Assembly: GCF_016446395.1 (NCBI RefSeq) | Contig: NZ_CP051168.1 | Location: 3,564,787-3,621,578 of the forward strand | From: [Phormidium] sp. ETS-05 | GTDB lineage: Bacteria; Cyanobacteriota; Cyanobacteriia; Cyanobacteriales; Laspinemataceae | DNA length: 56,792 nt | Direction: 5' to 3' | In this document: positions 36,833 through 47,965 of the stretch, in pieces | Position numbering within the stretch: the first letter of the stretch is position 1 | How the letters are laid out: every line of letters begins with the position of its first letter | Position numbers and translations under genes: made by a program | Notes under the pieces: generated by a model | Databases searched by the model: none | What the model was told of the DNA's origin: nothing | Seen by the model: only the letters and a program-made list of their open reading frames with translations

Positions 36833-37536
36833 TGGCAATTATTCATCGCTGTATGGTGGAACTACACGACAGTCTGTATTTTGCGACACGGGAAATTGGG
36901 CGGCTCTATGAAACTGAAGCCATCCTGCACAATTATGCTCTCTGTTACGCCCTCGGATTGGTGGATAACGCCGCCTATACTACCCAAGTAGCGGAAGAGG
37001 ATTCCTGCCGGTATTTTTGCGCGGAACAAGTGCCAAAATATGAACAGCATTTAACTGCCTTAAACCAAGCAGGCATTTACATCACGCCGGGACGCCCTGT
37101 CTCCCACGCTACCACCCTCACCACTTGGAAGTATGCCAACAACAACTATCACGTGGAGATGGAAAAAACCCAGAAAAACATTCCCAGTTTTGGCCGCAAC
37201 AAAGAAATAGCCCCAGAAAGCCAGTTTGAATTCTTCGCTATTTCCCCACAGCGGCTCAAATTCCCCCGCTGGATCCGCTTGGGCAAATGGGCGAGCAAAG
37301 CTGAGGTAGCAATTTTGGCCACTGAGGAGGTGAAACCATCGGCCAAAGAACAAGAGTTTACCTTTCCCTATCCCCTGAATCCTCTAGATGTGATGTTTAC
37401 CCATCAAATTTTCAGTTACGATACCATTAATATGCCCCCCGTTAGCCTGATTAGAAATGTAAAAATGCGCGGGCACTGCTATTATTGGGAAGAGCTGAAA
37501 CTGAAAATTCCCGCGATGATGCAATATCGGTTTTGA
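36832..37536 (+). CDS. csc1: Cas5d (Csc1) subunit
   Basis: 234 aa. 1-nt overlap with csc2. Conserved gene order. Confidence 0.6.
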   Translation: MAIIHRCMVELHDSLYFATREIGRLYETEAILHNYALCYALGLVDNAAYTTQVAEEDSCRYFCAEQVPKYEQHLTALNQAGIYITPGRPVSHATTLTTWKYANNNYHVEMEKTQKNIPSFGRNKEIAPESQFEFFAISPQRLKFPRWIRLGKWASKAEVAILATEEVKPSAKEQEFTFPYPLNPLDVMFTHQIFSYDTINMPPVSLIRNVKMRGHCYYWEELKLKIPAMMQYRF

Positions 37537-37614
37537 TATTTAGCATCATTCCAATCGGTAGGGACACAGCAATGGTGTCCCTACATCACCAAAAAAACCA
37601 CTTTTGATATCACC

Positions 37615-38484
37615 ATGCCACACAGTCTCGTCCTCAACATCCTACCCAAATCCCCCATCCCCCCCCAGTTTCTCACTGGGAGGCACTTGCACGCCCTTTT
37701 CCTCACCTTGGTTAGTGCTGTAGATAAAGATTTAAGCGACTACCTCCACAACCAAACTAATGATAAAGCCTTTACCTTGAGTCCTTGGCAAATTGCCGGA
37801 CAAAGGCGGTTTGAACATGGCATTTATTCCCTGGAATGGGAACATCAACAACCTATCCCCGCCGGGACGCAATGCTGGTGGCGCATCTCTCTGCTAGATG
37901 ATAGTTTATTCAGTCAACTGACCAAACTTTGGCTCAATCTTAATCCCCAACATCCTTGGCATTTGGGGCCAGCAGATTTGCTGATTACCAGCATTTTGGG
38001 AACACCGCAACCGGCGCAACCTTGGGCGAGTTTTGCTCCCTACGCTACCTTGTATGAAATGGCTTCGGAAACCGATCGGCAAATTGCTTTTAATTTTACC
38101 ACACCTGCCACTTTTCGGCAAGGGGAAAGTGATATGGCTCTCCCCACCAGGGAAGCAGTGTTTCACAGTCTGATTCACCGGTGGAATAAATACAGCGGCA
38201 TTGAGTTTTCCCATGATTTGAGTGAAAAAATTTTTCCCAGCTTTTTCAATATCCGCACCGCTGTAGTCAGCAACTACAAGAGCAAGTTAATTGGCTGTAT
38301 CGGTCAAATTAGCTACCGAATTTTGGGGGCTGCTGACACTTTGGCGATTAAGCAAATTAATGCTTTAGCTGATTTCGCTCTTTACGCGGGAGTGGGGCGG
38401 AAAACCCCGATGGGGATGGGGATGGTGCGGCGAGTTGATCCGAATCAAAAAACATCTAAACAGTCAGGACAAAATTATGCTTGA
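37615..38484 (+). CDS. cas6: Cas6d repeat-processing endoribonuclease
   Basis: 289 aa. C-terminal glycine-rich loop GVGRKTPMGMGMV is typical of Cas6. Position before cas4-cas1-cas2. Confidence 0.7.
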   Translation: MPHSLVLNILPKSPIPPQFLTGRHLHALFLTLVSAVDKDLSDYLHNQTNDKAFTLSPWQIAGQRRFEHGIYSLEWEHQQPIPAGTQCWWRISLLDDSLFSQLTKLWLNLNPQHPWHLGPADLLITSILGTPQPAQPWASFAPYATLYEMASETDRQIAFNFTTPATFRQGESDMALPTREAVFHSLIHRWNKYSGIEFSHDLSEKIFPSFFNIRTAVVSNYKSKLIGCIGQISYRILGAADTLAIKQINALADFALYAGVGRKTPMGMGMVRRVDPNQKTSKQSGQNYA

Positions 38485-39070
38485 TATTGATTATATTCCC
38501 ATTGCGGCGCTGAATCAATATGCTTACTGCTCTCACCGCTGCTGGCGGATGTTTTGCGCTGGGGAATTTGTGGATAATCATTATACCATTGAAGGCACGA
38601 GTTTGCATAGTCGGGTTCACAGTTTTGGCGAAGGTATCCGGGAAGATGTGGAGCAAATTCGCGCCATTTGGCTGAAGTCGGAGCAGTACAAGTTGATTGG
38701 TAAATCGGATTTGATTGAAACTGTGGATGGGGAGTGGTATCCCGTGGAATATAAACGGGGACGCAAGGGAGAATGGGATAATGATGAGTTGCAGGTAGCA
38801 GCCCAGGCTTTATGTTTGGAAGAAATGACGGGTAAAACCATTACTGGCGGCTATATTTATTATGCCAGTTCTTACCAGCGGCAGTTGGTGGAAATTTCCC
38901 CAGAATTGCGGGGGCAGACTCTGGCAACTATTGCGGAAGTTGCCAAGTTATTCGCGACGGGGGCAATGCCGAAACCTACTTATAATCCCCGTTGTCGTGG
39001 GTGCAGTTTGTCTGCTGCTTGTTTGCCCCAAGCTGCCGCGAAAATTGGTCGTTATCAAGAATTGAATTAG
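38477..39070 (+). CDS. cas4: Cas4 (RecB-like nuclease with a four-Cys cluster)
   Basis: Start at the ATG at 38477, overlapping the cas6 end. N-terminal Cys (YAYCSHRCW) and C-terminal CRGCSLSAAC form the Fe-S cluster ligands. Confidence 0.8.
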   Translation: MLDIDYIPIAALNQYAYCSHRCWRMFCAGEFVDNHYTIEGTSLHSRVHSFGEGIREDVEQIRAIWLKSEQYKLIGKSDLIETVDGEWYPVEYKRGRKGEWDNDELQVAAQALCLEEMTGKTITGGYIYYASSYQRQLVEISPELRGQTLATIAEVAKLFATGAMPKPTYNPRCRGCSLSAACLPQAAAKIGRYQELN

Positions 39071-39146
39071 TCATTGGTCATTGGTCATTAGTCCTTTGTC
39101 TTTTGTCTGATAAAAGTAGTAGGTGGGCATTGCCCACCCGACAAAA
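39061..39146. repeat. TTGGTCA/TTTGTCT heptamer tract plus a copy of the GTAGGTGGGCATTGCCCACCC palindrome
   Basis: tcattggtcattggtcattagtcctttgtcttttgtc ... agtaggtgggcattgcccacccgac. Confidence 0.8.
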
Positions 39147-39174
39147 ATTCAGAAGTAGCCTTTAGGAGGTAATC

Positions 39175-40179
39175 ATGGGAACTGTTTATGTGGTGCAAGA
39201 TGATGCTTTTGTGGGAAAAACTGATGAACGGTTGACGGTAAAAGTCGGGAAAGATAAGCCCCTAGAGGTGCCTTTACTGATGATAGATGGGCTGGTTGTG
39301 TTGGGACGAGCGACGATTTCTCCCGCAGCTATTCTGGAGTTACTAGAGCGGCATATTCCGGTATCTTTTCTCAGTCAGAATGGGCGTTATTTGGGAACGC
39401 TAGAACCAGAGTTGAGTAAAAATATTTTTGTGAGAGCTGCTCAGTGGCAAGCTGCGGGTCATTCTGAACTGGCGGTGGGGGCTGTGCGGGGTTTTGTGCG
39501 GGGTAAGTTGAAGAATTACCGCCATATTTTGCAGCGGCGAGAGCGGGAAAATGCAGACCTGAATTTAGCTGATGGGATTGCTAAGTTAGAATCGGCGATA
39601 TCGCCGATTAATGCTACTGATAATATTGACAGTCTCCGGGGATTAGAGGGTGCTGGTAGCGCGGCTTATTTTGGCTGTTTTAATCAGCTAATTCGGGGGG
39701 ATGGGTTTGAATTTACTGCAAGGCGGCGGCGTCCTCCTACTGACCCAGTAAATGCGCTGTTGAGTTTTGGTTATGCTTTGCTGCGCCATGATGTGCAAGG
39801 GGCGGTAAATACGGTGGGTTTTGACCCCTATTTGGGCTATCTCCATTACCAGCGTTATGGTCGCCCTTCTTTGGCGCTGGATTTAATGGAGGAGTTTCGG
39901 CCTTTGGTGGTAGATACAATTGTTTTAGCTGCGATTAATAAGCGGACTCTGACCGTGAATGATTTCGTTACCGAGCCTTTGAGCGGTGCGGTTTCTTTGA
40001 CTCAAGAAGGATTGCGCACTTTTCTGCGGCTTTATCAGGAGAAAAAGCAGTCTAAGTTTAAGCATCCGGTGATGGGGCGGCAATGTACTTATCAAGAAGC
40101 CTTTGAGATTCAAGGGCGCTTGTTGGCGAAGTATTTGATGGGGGAAACTGACCAATATCCGCCCCTGGTTTTGAAATAA
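39175..40179 (+). CDS. cas1: Cas1 integrase
   Basis: 334 aa. N-terminal beta-sandwich MGTVYVVQDDAFVGKTDERL. Conserved catalytic-region residues (E...H...E pattern). Sits immediately upstream of cas2. Confidence 0.88.
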   Translation: MGTVYVVQDDAFVGKTDERLTVKVGKDKPLEVPLLMIDGLVVLGRATISPAAILELLERHIPVSFLSQNGRYLGTLEPELSKNIFVRAAQWQAAGHSELAVGAVRGFVRGKLKNYRHILQRRERENADLNLADGIAKLESAISPINATDNIDSLRGLEGAGSAAYFGCFNQLIRGDGFEFTARRRRPPTDPVNALLSFGYALLRHDVQGAVNTVGFDPYLGYLHYQRYGRPSLALDLMEEFRPLVVDTIVLAAINKRTLTVNDFVTEPLSGAVSLTQEGLRTFLRLYQEKKQSKFKHPVMGRQCTYQEAFEIQGRLLAKYLMGETDQYPPLVLK

Positions 40180-40185
40180 GGGTTG

Positions 40186-40265
40186 GTCATTGGTCATTGG
40201 TCATTGGTCATTTGTCCTTTGTTTGGATAGAACAAGGGACAAATGACAAGGGACAAAGGACAAAG
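40186..40265. repeat. Dyad-symmetric heptamer repeat block
   Basis: ttggtcattggtcattggtcattggtcatttgtcctttgtttggatagaacaagggacaaatgacaagggacaaaggacaaagg. Confidence 0.85.
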
Positions 40266-40286
40266 GAAATCAGTTTAGGAGTGGTT

Positions 40287-40559
40287 ATGAATGTTGTGAT
40301 TTCTTATGATGTTTCTGAAGATAAGCGCCGCAATAAAATCCATAAAGTGTTAAAATCTTATGGTCAGCGGGTGCAGTATAGTGTGTTTGAGTGTGAGCTT
40401 ACGGATACTCAATATGCGAAACTCAGGTCCCGCTTGAGTAAGTTGATTAAGCCGGAGGAGGACAATATCCGTTTTTACTCCCTCTGCGCTTGTTGCTTTG
40501 GTAAGGTCGATCGGATTGGCGGACCGTCGCCGGTGGATAGGACCATCTTCTTCGCTTAA
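40287..40559 (+). CDS. cas2: Cas2
   Basis: 90 aa, MNVVISYDVSEDKRRNKIHKVLKSYGQRVQYSVFEC... with the conserved N-terminal Asp. The track's upstream extension lies in the repeat block. Confidence 0.88.
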   Translation: MNVVISYDVSEDKRRNKIHKVLKSYGQRVQYSVFECELTDTQYAKLRSRLSKLIKPEEDNIRFYSLCACCFGKVDRIGGPSPVDRTIFFA

Positions 40560-40816
40560 CCCGATTTTGCGCGGAGGGGTAGGTGTTGGGAGAGGGCAAT
40601 CAAAATTTTCGCCTGGAACCGTTGACGGGCAAGGTTTTGAGCCCTATTAGAGAAAAAATCGAGCCGCGCAAATCCTGAAACCCTTATGGCACAAGCATTA
40701 GAGCGAAATTTTTTTTCAACCCCCTTGACAGCCCAGGAGCTGAAATGGTATTTTTAGATCGATTCGCGCAAATGCACCTTGAAAACTGCATATTCCAAGG
40801 GTTCCAGGAGCCCGCT
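40560..40816 (+). promoter_or_regulatory. CRISPR leader with a putative promoter (-35 TTGACA at 40725-40730)
   Basis: AT-rich. Ends at the first repeat. A duplicate of this leader precedes array 1. Confidence 0.7.
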
Positions 40817-43800
40817 CCCGAAATTTACCCGAATCCCTTTCAGGGATTGAAACCTCCGCAAATACAATTACTCATCCCCTGCTCGCTGTACCCGAAATTT
40901 ACCCGAATCCCTTTCAGGGATTGAAACTGGAGGAGGCATACCTCTGGTAATTTCGATCACCCTCCCGAAATTTACCCGAATCCCTTTCAGGGATTGAAAC
41001 CTGGATATCCAGGGATTGGGCGGGGATGAAAACCGTCCCGAAATTTACCCGAATCCCTTTCAGGGATTGAAACCCCCCCGTGCTAATTAGTCTCCGGTGG
41101 TGTAGCTCCCGAAATTTACCCGAATCCCTTTCAGGGATTGAAACCTCAGAGATGAGGAGGAAAAGGCCCAGAAGTTGGGCAAACCCGAAATTTACCCGAA
41201 TCCCTTTCAGGGATTGAAACTCTGAATACCAGACAGTCACATGCTGATATCCCTTGGACCCCGAAATTTACCCGAATCCCTTTCAGGGATTGAAACCAAG
41301 CTCACATCAAGAAACTGGCTTTCGATTATGACCCGAAATTTACCCGAATCCCTTTCAGGGATTGAAACGACTAGCAGGCAAAGCCTTAATCCCATTGCCT
41401 TTGGACCCGAAATTTACCCGAATCCCTTTCAGGGATTGAAACCATTCCCACCACTGAAGTACCTCCCAGTCGGGGAAACCCGAAATTTACCCGAATCCCT
41501 TTCAGGGATTGAAACTCATCCCAGGATTCTTTTGGTGGTTCCATTCCATACCCGAAATTTACCCGAATCCCTTTCAGGGATTGAAACTAAGAAACAACGT
41601 GCCGGGGAGAGGGGAGCGATCGCCCCGAAATTTACCCGAATCCCTTTCAGGGATTGAAACAAAAAATGTCCCCACGGCGTCGGGGGAGGCAAAGGGGCCC
41701 GAAATTTACCCGAATCCCTTTCAGGGATTGAAACTTTGAGGCTGTCGAGCCTCAACACCACCGCCGTATCCCCGAAATTTACCCGAATCCCTTTCAGGGA
41801 TTGAAACCTTTGGGGGCTTCTCTTTCTCCTAGGACTGCGCCGTGCCCGAAATTTACCCGAATCCCTTTCAGGGATTGAAACATTGTTGGCCCACTCCCCC
41901 CACTCAAACTGTAGTCGGCCCGAAATTTACCCGAATCCCTTTCAGGGATTGAAACAAGGCTGGCGTGACGGCTAAATTTGGCGGTTTCCGCCACCCGAAA
42001 TTTACCCGAATCCCTTTCAGGGATTGAAACGCGTCCCCGATGCCGGCCCCCATCACGGGCCCCTATTTCCCGAAATTTACCCGAATCCCTTTCAGGGATT
42101 GAAACTTGAGAAGTATCTGATAAATCGCTAAATAATGCGACCCCCGAAATTTACCCGAATCCCTTTCAGGGATTGAAACACACGGTTTTTGGTGGTGTCA
42201 CATAGGGACTACATACCCCGAAATTTACCCGAATCCCTTTCAGGGATTGAAACATGGTATAATCCCGTTAGCAGATAGACTAAAAAGCGGCCCGAAATTT
42301 ACCCGAATCCCTTTCAGGGATTGAAACGGGGGGACTTTGTTTTTTGTTACGGGAATCAAACATCCCGAAATTTACCCGAATCCCTTTCAGGGATTGAAAC
42401 TTAAAGACGGTGAGGAATTTTTCATCCGAGCATCAAACCCGAAATTTACCCGAATCCCTTTCAGGGATTGAAACGAGCAACAACCCAATCAACCAGATTC
42501 GCCATACTTTCCCGAAATTTACCCGAATCCCTTTCAGGGATTGAAACCTCACTTTGCCCCATCTGCAGCTGGCGACGAGCCGCACCCCCCGAAATTTACC
42601 CGAATCCCTTTCAGGGATTGAAACGCGCTTCATTTCTAGTTCGCGCTTTACCCAATACCACAGCCCGAAATTTACCCGAATCCCTTTCAGGGATTGAAAC
42701 TAAATTCCCACGGTGTTTCACCTACAGGCGATCGCCCGCCCGAAATTTACCCGAATCCCTTTCAGGGATTGAAACATCACCTTGGGTAGCGATGACCTGC
42801 CCCCGCAAAAAGAAGCCCGAAATTTACCCGAATCCCTTTCAGGGATTGAAACCATTAATTTCGGCGTCGAAATTCCCACGGTGGTTCCCGAAATTTACCC
42901 GAATCCCTTTCAGGGATTGAAACCAGTCAATTGAACTAGCTTTAACAACAGGCGACAACATCCCGAAATTTACCCGAATCCCTTTCAGGGATTGAAACAG
43001 GATGACGGTGTTGGGGGGGACCCCCTCAGGTATGGGTCCCGAAATTTACCCGAATCCCTTTCAGGGATTGAAACAAATTTCCCGTCGTGGCCGCGCTTCA
43101 TTTCTAGTTCGCCCCGAAATTTACCCGAATCCCTTTCAGGGATTGAAACACATCATCTAACTTGTTTGAGGGGGAGACAGCAACAAAGCCCGAAATTTAC
43201 CCGAATCCCTTTCAGGGATTGAAACTAATAGATAGTGCGGACATATCCGCATATACCCTTCCCCGAAATTTACCCGAATCCCTTTCAGGGATTGAAACTC
43301 GGAAAAAGTCCGAGCCACAGTGCCGGTCGCGGTAGCGCCCGAAATTTACCCGAATCCCTTTCAGGGATTGAAACTAGTCGTACTGATTGATAGTCCCCAC
43401 AATTGATGGTGTCCCGAAATTTACCCGAATCCCTTTCAGGGATTGAAACAGCAGTAAGGGCAGACTTGATGGCCTCAGCCTTGGTGCCCCGAAATTTACC
43501 CGAATCCCTTTCAGGGATTGAAACTGGTTTCCCTTCGTGAGGCGATCGCGCAGATACCGGATCCCGAAATTTACCCGAATCCCTTTCAGGGATTGAAACC
43601 CAACCTAGAACAAGTTTCAGTAACTCCATCAACCGACCCGAAATTTACCCGAATCCCTTTCAGGGATTGAAACCCTTTACGTTTATCCCTGCCAAGATTG
43701 CGGATAACCAAGCCCGAAATTTACCCGAATCCCTTTCAGGGATTGAAACTCTCCAGTCTGGCATCCCGCCAAGACCACACCCACCCGAAATTTACCCGAA

Positions 43801-45442
43801 TCCCTTTCAGGGATTGAAACCAGTTATCGGGCCGGCCTTCAACCATTCCTAGAGGCCTCGAAATTTACCCGAATCCCTTTCAGGGATTGAAACCTCAGCT
43901 CCGTCTAATTTGTACCACAAATCAAACACCCGAAATTTACCCGAATCCCTTTCAGGGATTGAAACTATTTGCCCTGACTCATAAGCCACAATGCCATCAG
44001 ATCCCGAAATTTACCCGAATCCCTTTCAGGGATTGAAACAGTCTCTGTGGCTCCAGCGCAGCCACTGCCACGACTCCCGAAATTTACCCGAATCCCTTTC
44101 AGGGATTGAAACCTTATGGGATAGTGTGTACGCCATAAGAAATAGTGTACCCGAAATTTACCCGAATCCCTTTCAGGGATTGAAACTGCATCCGAGTAGT
44201 GACTGCTTGGTATTGTCCCACCACCCGAAATTTACCCGAATCCCTTTCAGGGATTGAAACATCGGCGAAACAACTCTGTGGCAGCTTTGCCTGTACCCCG
44301 AAATTTACCCGAATCCCTTTCAGGGATTGAAACGGCCATTCTTTATCGTCTGGCGCTTTACGAAGGTTGGCCCCGAAATTTACCCGAATCCCTTTCAGGG
44401 ATTGAAACGTACACCTGATTCTTGGCACGCCGAAATCGGCGAGCCCGAAATTTACCCGAATCCCTTTCAGGGATTGAAACAAGTTTTTTCTTTGGGTTTG
44501 TTTTTCTCCTTATTTGCCCCCGAAATTTACCCGAATCCCTTTCAGGGATTGAAACCGCGTAGCTTCTCACCCACGATTTGAAGTGTGAGCGATCCCCGAA
44601 ATTTACCCGAATCCCTTTCAGGGATTGAAACTCATTAAAAGCGACTGCATTTATCTGGGCTGCTCTGTACCCGAAATTTACCCGAATCCCTTTCAGGGAT
44701 TGAAACTAATTTTCGGTGTAATTATCCTCCTATTTGTAAGCCCGAAATTTACCCGAATCCCTTTCAGGGATTGAAACAAATGTACTCATGTTTTTCCTCT
44801 CCTATTTTTAGCCCGAAATTTACCCGAATCCCTTTCAGGGATTGAAACTTGCAGTTCGCCAAACAGGCCATTCGCTGTCCCCTCCACCCCGAAATTTACC
44901 CGAATCCCTTTCAGGGATTGAAACAAACCAGTCTATATTTGTGCCTTGCACCTGCTGGATAAGTCCCCGAAATTTACCCGAATCCCTTTCAGGGATTGAA
45001 ACCTTACTCTGATTGTTGGTATTAAGCTGATTAAGACCCGAAATTTACCCGAATCCCTTTCAGGGATTGAAACTGCAAATATTGAGGCTTCATCTAGCAG
45101 ATAAATCACCCGAAATTTACCCGAATCCCTTTCAGGGATTGAAACATATTCAGGAAAGCGGTAGGCGCGCAAACGCCTGCCGACCCGAAATTTACCCGAA
45201 TCCCTTTCAGGGATTGAAACATATTCAGGAAAGCGGTAGGCGCGCAAACGCCTGCCGACCCGAAATTTACCCGAATCCCTTTCAGGGATTGAAACCAAGG
45301 TAAACACAGATGTATCGTTATTTCACCGCATGCACCCGAAATTTACCCGAATCCCTTTCAGGGATTGAAACACATACCCCACAAATATGCGGTTCATTCA
45401 GCCGTCCCGAAATTTACCCGAATCCCTTTCAGGGATTGAAAA
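40817..45442 (+). CRISPR. CRISPR array 2: about 63 repeats of the same 37-bp repeat, about 62 spacers of 34-40 bp
   Basis: Regular period of about 74 bp from 40817. Terminal repeat (45406-45442) ends ...GATTGAAAA. One internal variant repeat (about 43857, cTcgaaattt). One duplicated repeat-spacer unit (45146-45258). Confidence 0.95.
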
Positions 45443-45443
45443 T

Positions 45444-47850
45444 TCAGGAAATAGGGACGATACAGTGGGGAAATTGGCTTTTTAATGCCGGAATCACTGG
45501 ACAAGGAGCTTGAGTTTCGGTTGATTCGGGTTTAGTCCAACTAAAAGGGGCGTTCTTAGCTGCTGACATCCACAGCAAACGTTTTGCTCGGGTCATCGCC
45601 ACATAAAGTAACCGGTATTCTTCCGCAGTTTTCAGGTCTTGAGCTTGTTTCCAGGCAGTTTCTGGGTCGGGTAGTTCTTTCCCGTGCAGGTGGGCGCGAA
45701 TTTGCGCCCTCGCTACTTCGGCGAGGGAATATTCCCCCAGAAATTGTCTGGGTGGGGGCACCCAAAGATTACCAGGGATAACCTTTTCATGCAAAAAAGG
45801 GAGAAACACCCAGTCCCAGTCCAGTCCTTTGGCTTTGTGCATGGTGATGATGGTGAGGCGACCTTTTTTGGTGTAAACAGACTCGTGGGGGTCTTCTTCT
45901 GTATCCACCGGCTCGAATTTTTCGGTGTTGACAATTTCCTCGAGCAGTTCTAAAACGGCGGTGAGGGAATGTTGGCGATAGGTTTGCCTGGAGACTCGAT
46001 CGGCCACTTTATCGGCGGTAGCGAGTTCGGCGGGGCTGTAGTTCAGATTAAAAGCGATCAAGGATATGAGCTGATATAGGGGGACTTCTAGGCGTCCGTG
46101 GAGGAGGTTGATGCAAAACTGGCGGGCTTGGTTGACAGTTTCTGACTGTTTTGGGTCTAGGGGTCCGGGGTAGAGGAATTGTTCGGGGGCAGCGGCGAGG
46201 GCGTTGGTGTCTAGGGAGGCAATGATATTTCTATCGATGAAGACTCGCAAGGCGGCTTTCAGGTAGTCGGGGGAATGGGGGCGGTGGAGAAATTGCAGGA
46301 TAGCGAGGAGTTCGGCGGGGACTTGGGAACGTCGATCGCCCCCGCCACTTCATATACTTCTATCCCCTGCTGCGCCAAATTAACTTTAATGTTGTAACTC
46401 TCTGGGTTAGCCAGGATATCGGCGATAAATTTCCCCTGGCGGTTTTCCCGTACCAACACGGCAGCCGATCGGTCTTTCTCCCGCCCAAATAACTCTACCA
46501 CCCGCCGTCCTATCAACTCCACCGTATGATAAATATCTCTGGGAGTGTAAATTTCCAATCCCAACCCCGTGGGAGCCGGGTTAGCATCTTTTGCGGGTCT
46601 CCCGCTGACACAGATTTAATATCCTGCGGCTCAAACGGCGTCTCGCGTTTTGTATTTGAATTATCTTTTCTGTTTAGCTCGCGGCTCCTACCCCCGCCCA
46701 GATAATTATCTCCCTCATCGCTGATTTTCGCCCTGCGATTATTTACCCAATGCAGCATAAAATTAGCCGCATCAATAATAATTTGGCTACTGCGTCCCGC
46801 CCTATCCATACGAGCAAACCGGCCTTCCTTTTGGCATTCCTCACAGAAACGGCGAAAATAAATCGGGTCAGCGGGAGTAAAAGTAGAGTTAATCGCTTGA
46901 TTCGGGTCGCCAACCCGGATTAAATTAGGTGGGGCATCGGGATTTTCCGGGTCAGTGGCGAGGATTTCTAGGAGTTTGGTTTGTAACGGGGTCGAGTCTT
47001 GGGCTTCATCTTCAAACACAGCCAAAATTTTCTGCTGCCAAATTTTCCTCGCTTCCGGGTTATCTAAAACCCGCTCACCGGCGATAATCATATCATCATA
47101 ATCAATAACCTGTCTGGCTCTGAGGAGATTTTCGTATTCTGTATAAAGTCCCGCCGCAATTTCCATAACTTGATACTCATCTGGGGGCACTTGTGCCGCC
47201 AACTCCCGCAACTTCCCTGGCAATAAACCGGAAGATTTCGCCTCGTGAATGACTGTAGTGGCCAATTCTGGTAAAACTTCTGTGCGTAATACAGACATCC
47301 GCCGCAGTCTTTCCGTCTCTTCCCCGTCAAAATTAATTTCTACCAGTAATTGATAGTGGCGGGGATGGGCTGTTATCCACTTTTCCACGCAAGTTTTGAT
47401 TAATTGATTGCTCTTGTTGGGTGAGATTACAGTTACTTCCTCGGAACTGATACCGGAGATTTGGGGATGTTGGACAGCAATATGGAACGCTAAACCGTGG
47501 AGGGTATAGACAAAAAACCCCCTTGGTGGTACGAGCAACTGTTTAAGGGCTTCTCGGATTTTAGCTTTGATGTTAGCAGCAGCCGATCGGGTAAAAGTCA
47601 CCACAACCAAATCCCCCTGAGAAGAGAAACCCGACAAATTTCTCGCCGCCAGGGTAAGAGCCGCCGCATCCGCCATCCCCTTAGACTTTCCCGCTCCGGG
47701 AACGGCAGAAACTGCCAAAGGACCACCCCGCCAGTCCGCCATCTCTCGCTGTCCAGAACGTAACCCCTCCCGCAGGCGTTGTTTCGCCTGCTCCCGCTGT
47801 GCTTCTAATGTCAATTTGTCTTTTGTCACTTGTCCTTTGTCCTTTGTCAC
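45444..47850 (-). pseudogene. UvrD/PcrA-like superfamily-1 helicase, fragmented into three ORFs (45444-46250, 46259-46564, 46513-47850) plus an uncovered gap
   Basis: N-terminal Walker A AVSAVPGAGKS and a VFEDEAQD motif. C-terminal TIITMHKAKGLDWDWVFL (UvrD_C). Frame changes at about 46255, 46565 and 46690, and the ORF C-termini read as out-of-frame garbage. Confidence 0.6.
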
Positions 47851-47960
47851 TTGTCACTTGTCCTTTGTCACTTGTCACTTGTCACTTGTCCCTTGTTCGC
47901 TTGTATGATAAACAAATGACCAAGGACAAATGACAAAGGACAAATCACCAAGGACAAATC
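47815..47960. repeat. Dyad-symmetric heptamer repeat block with the conserved CTTGTTCGCTTGTATGATAAACAAA core
   Basis: Same architecture and core as 21488-21760. Confidence 0.85.
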
Positions 47961-47965
47961 ACCAA

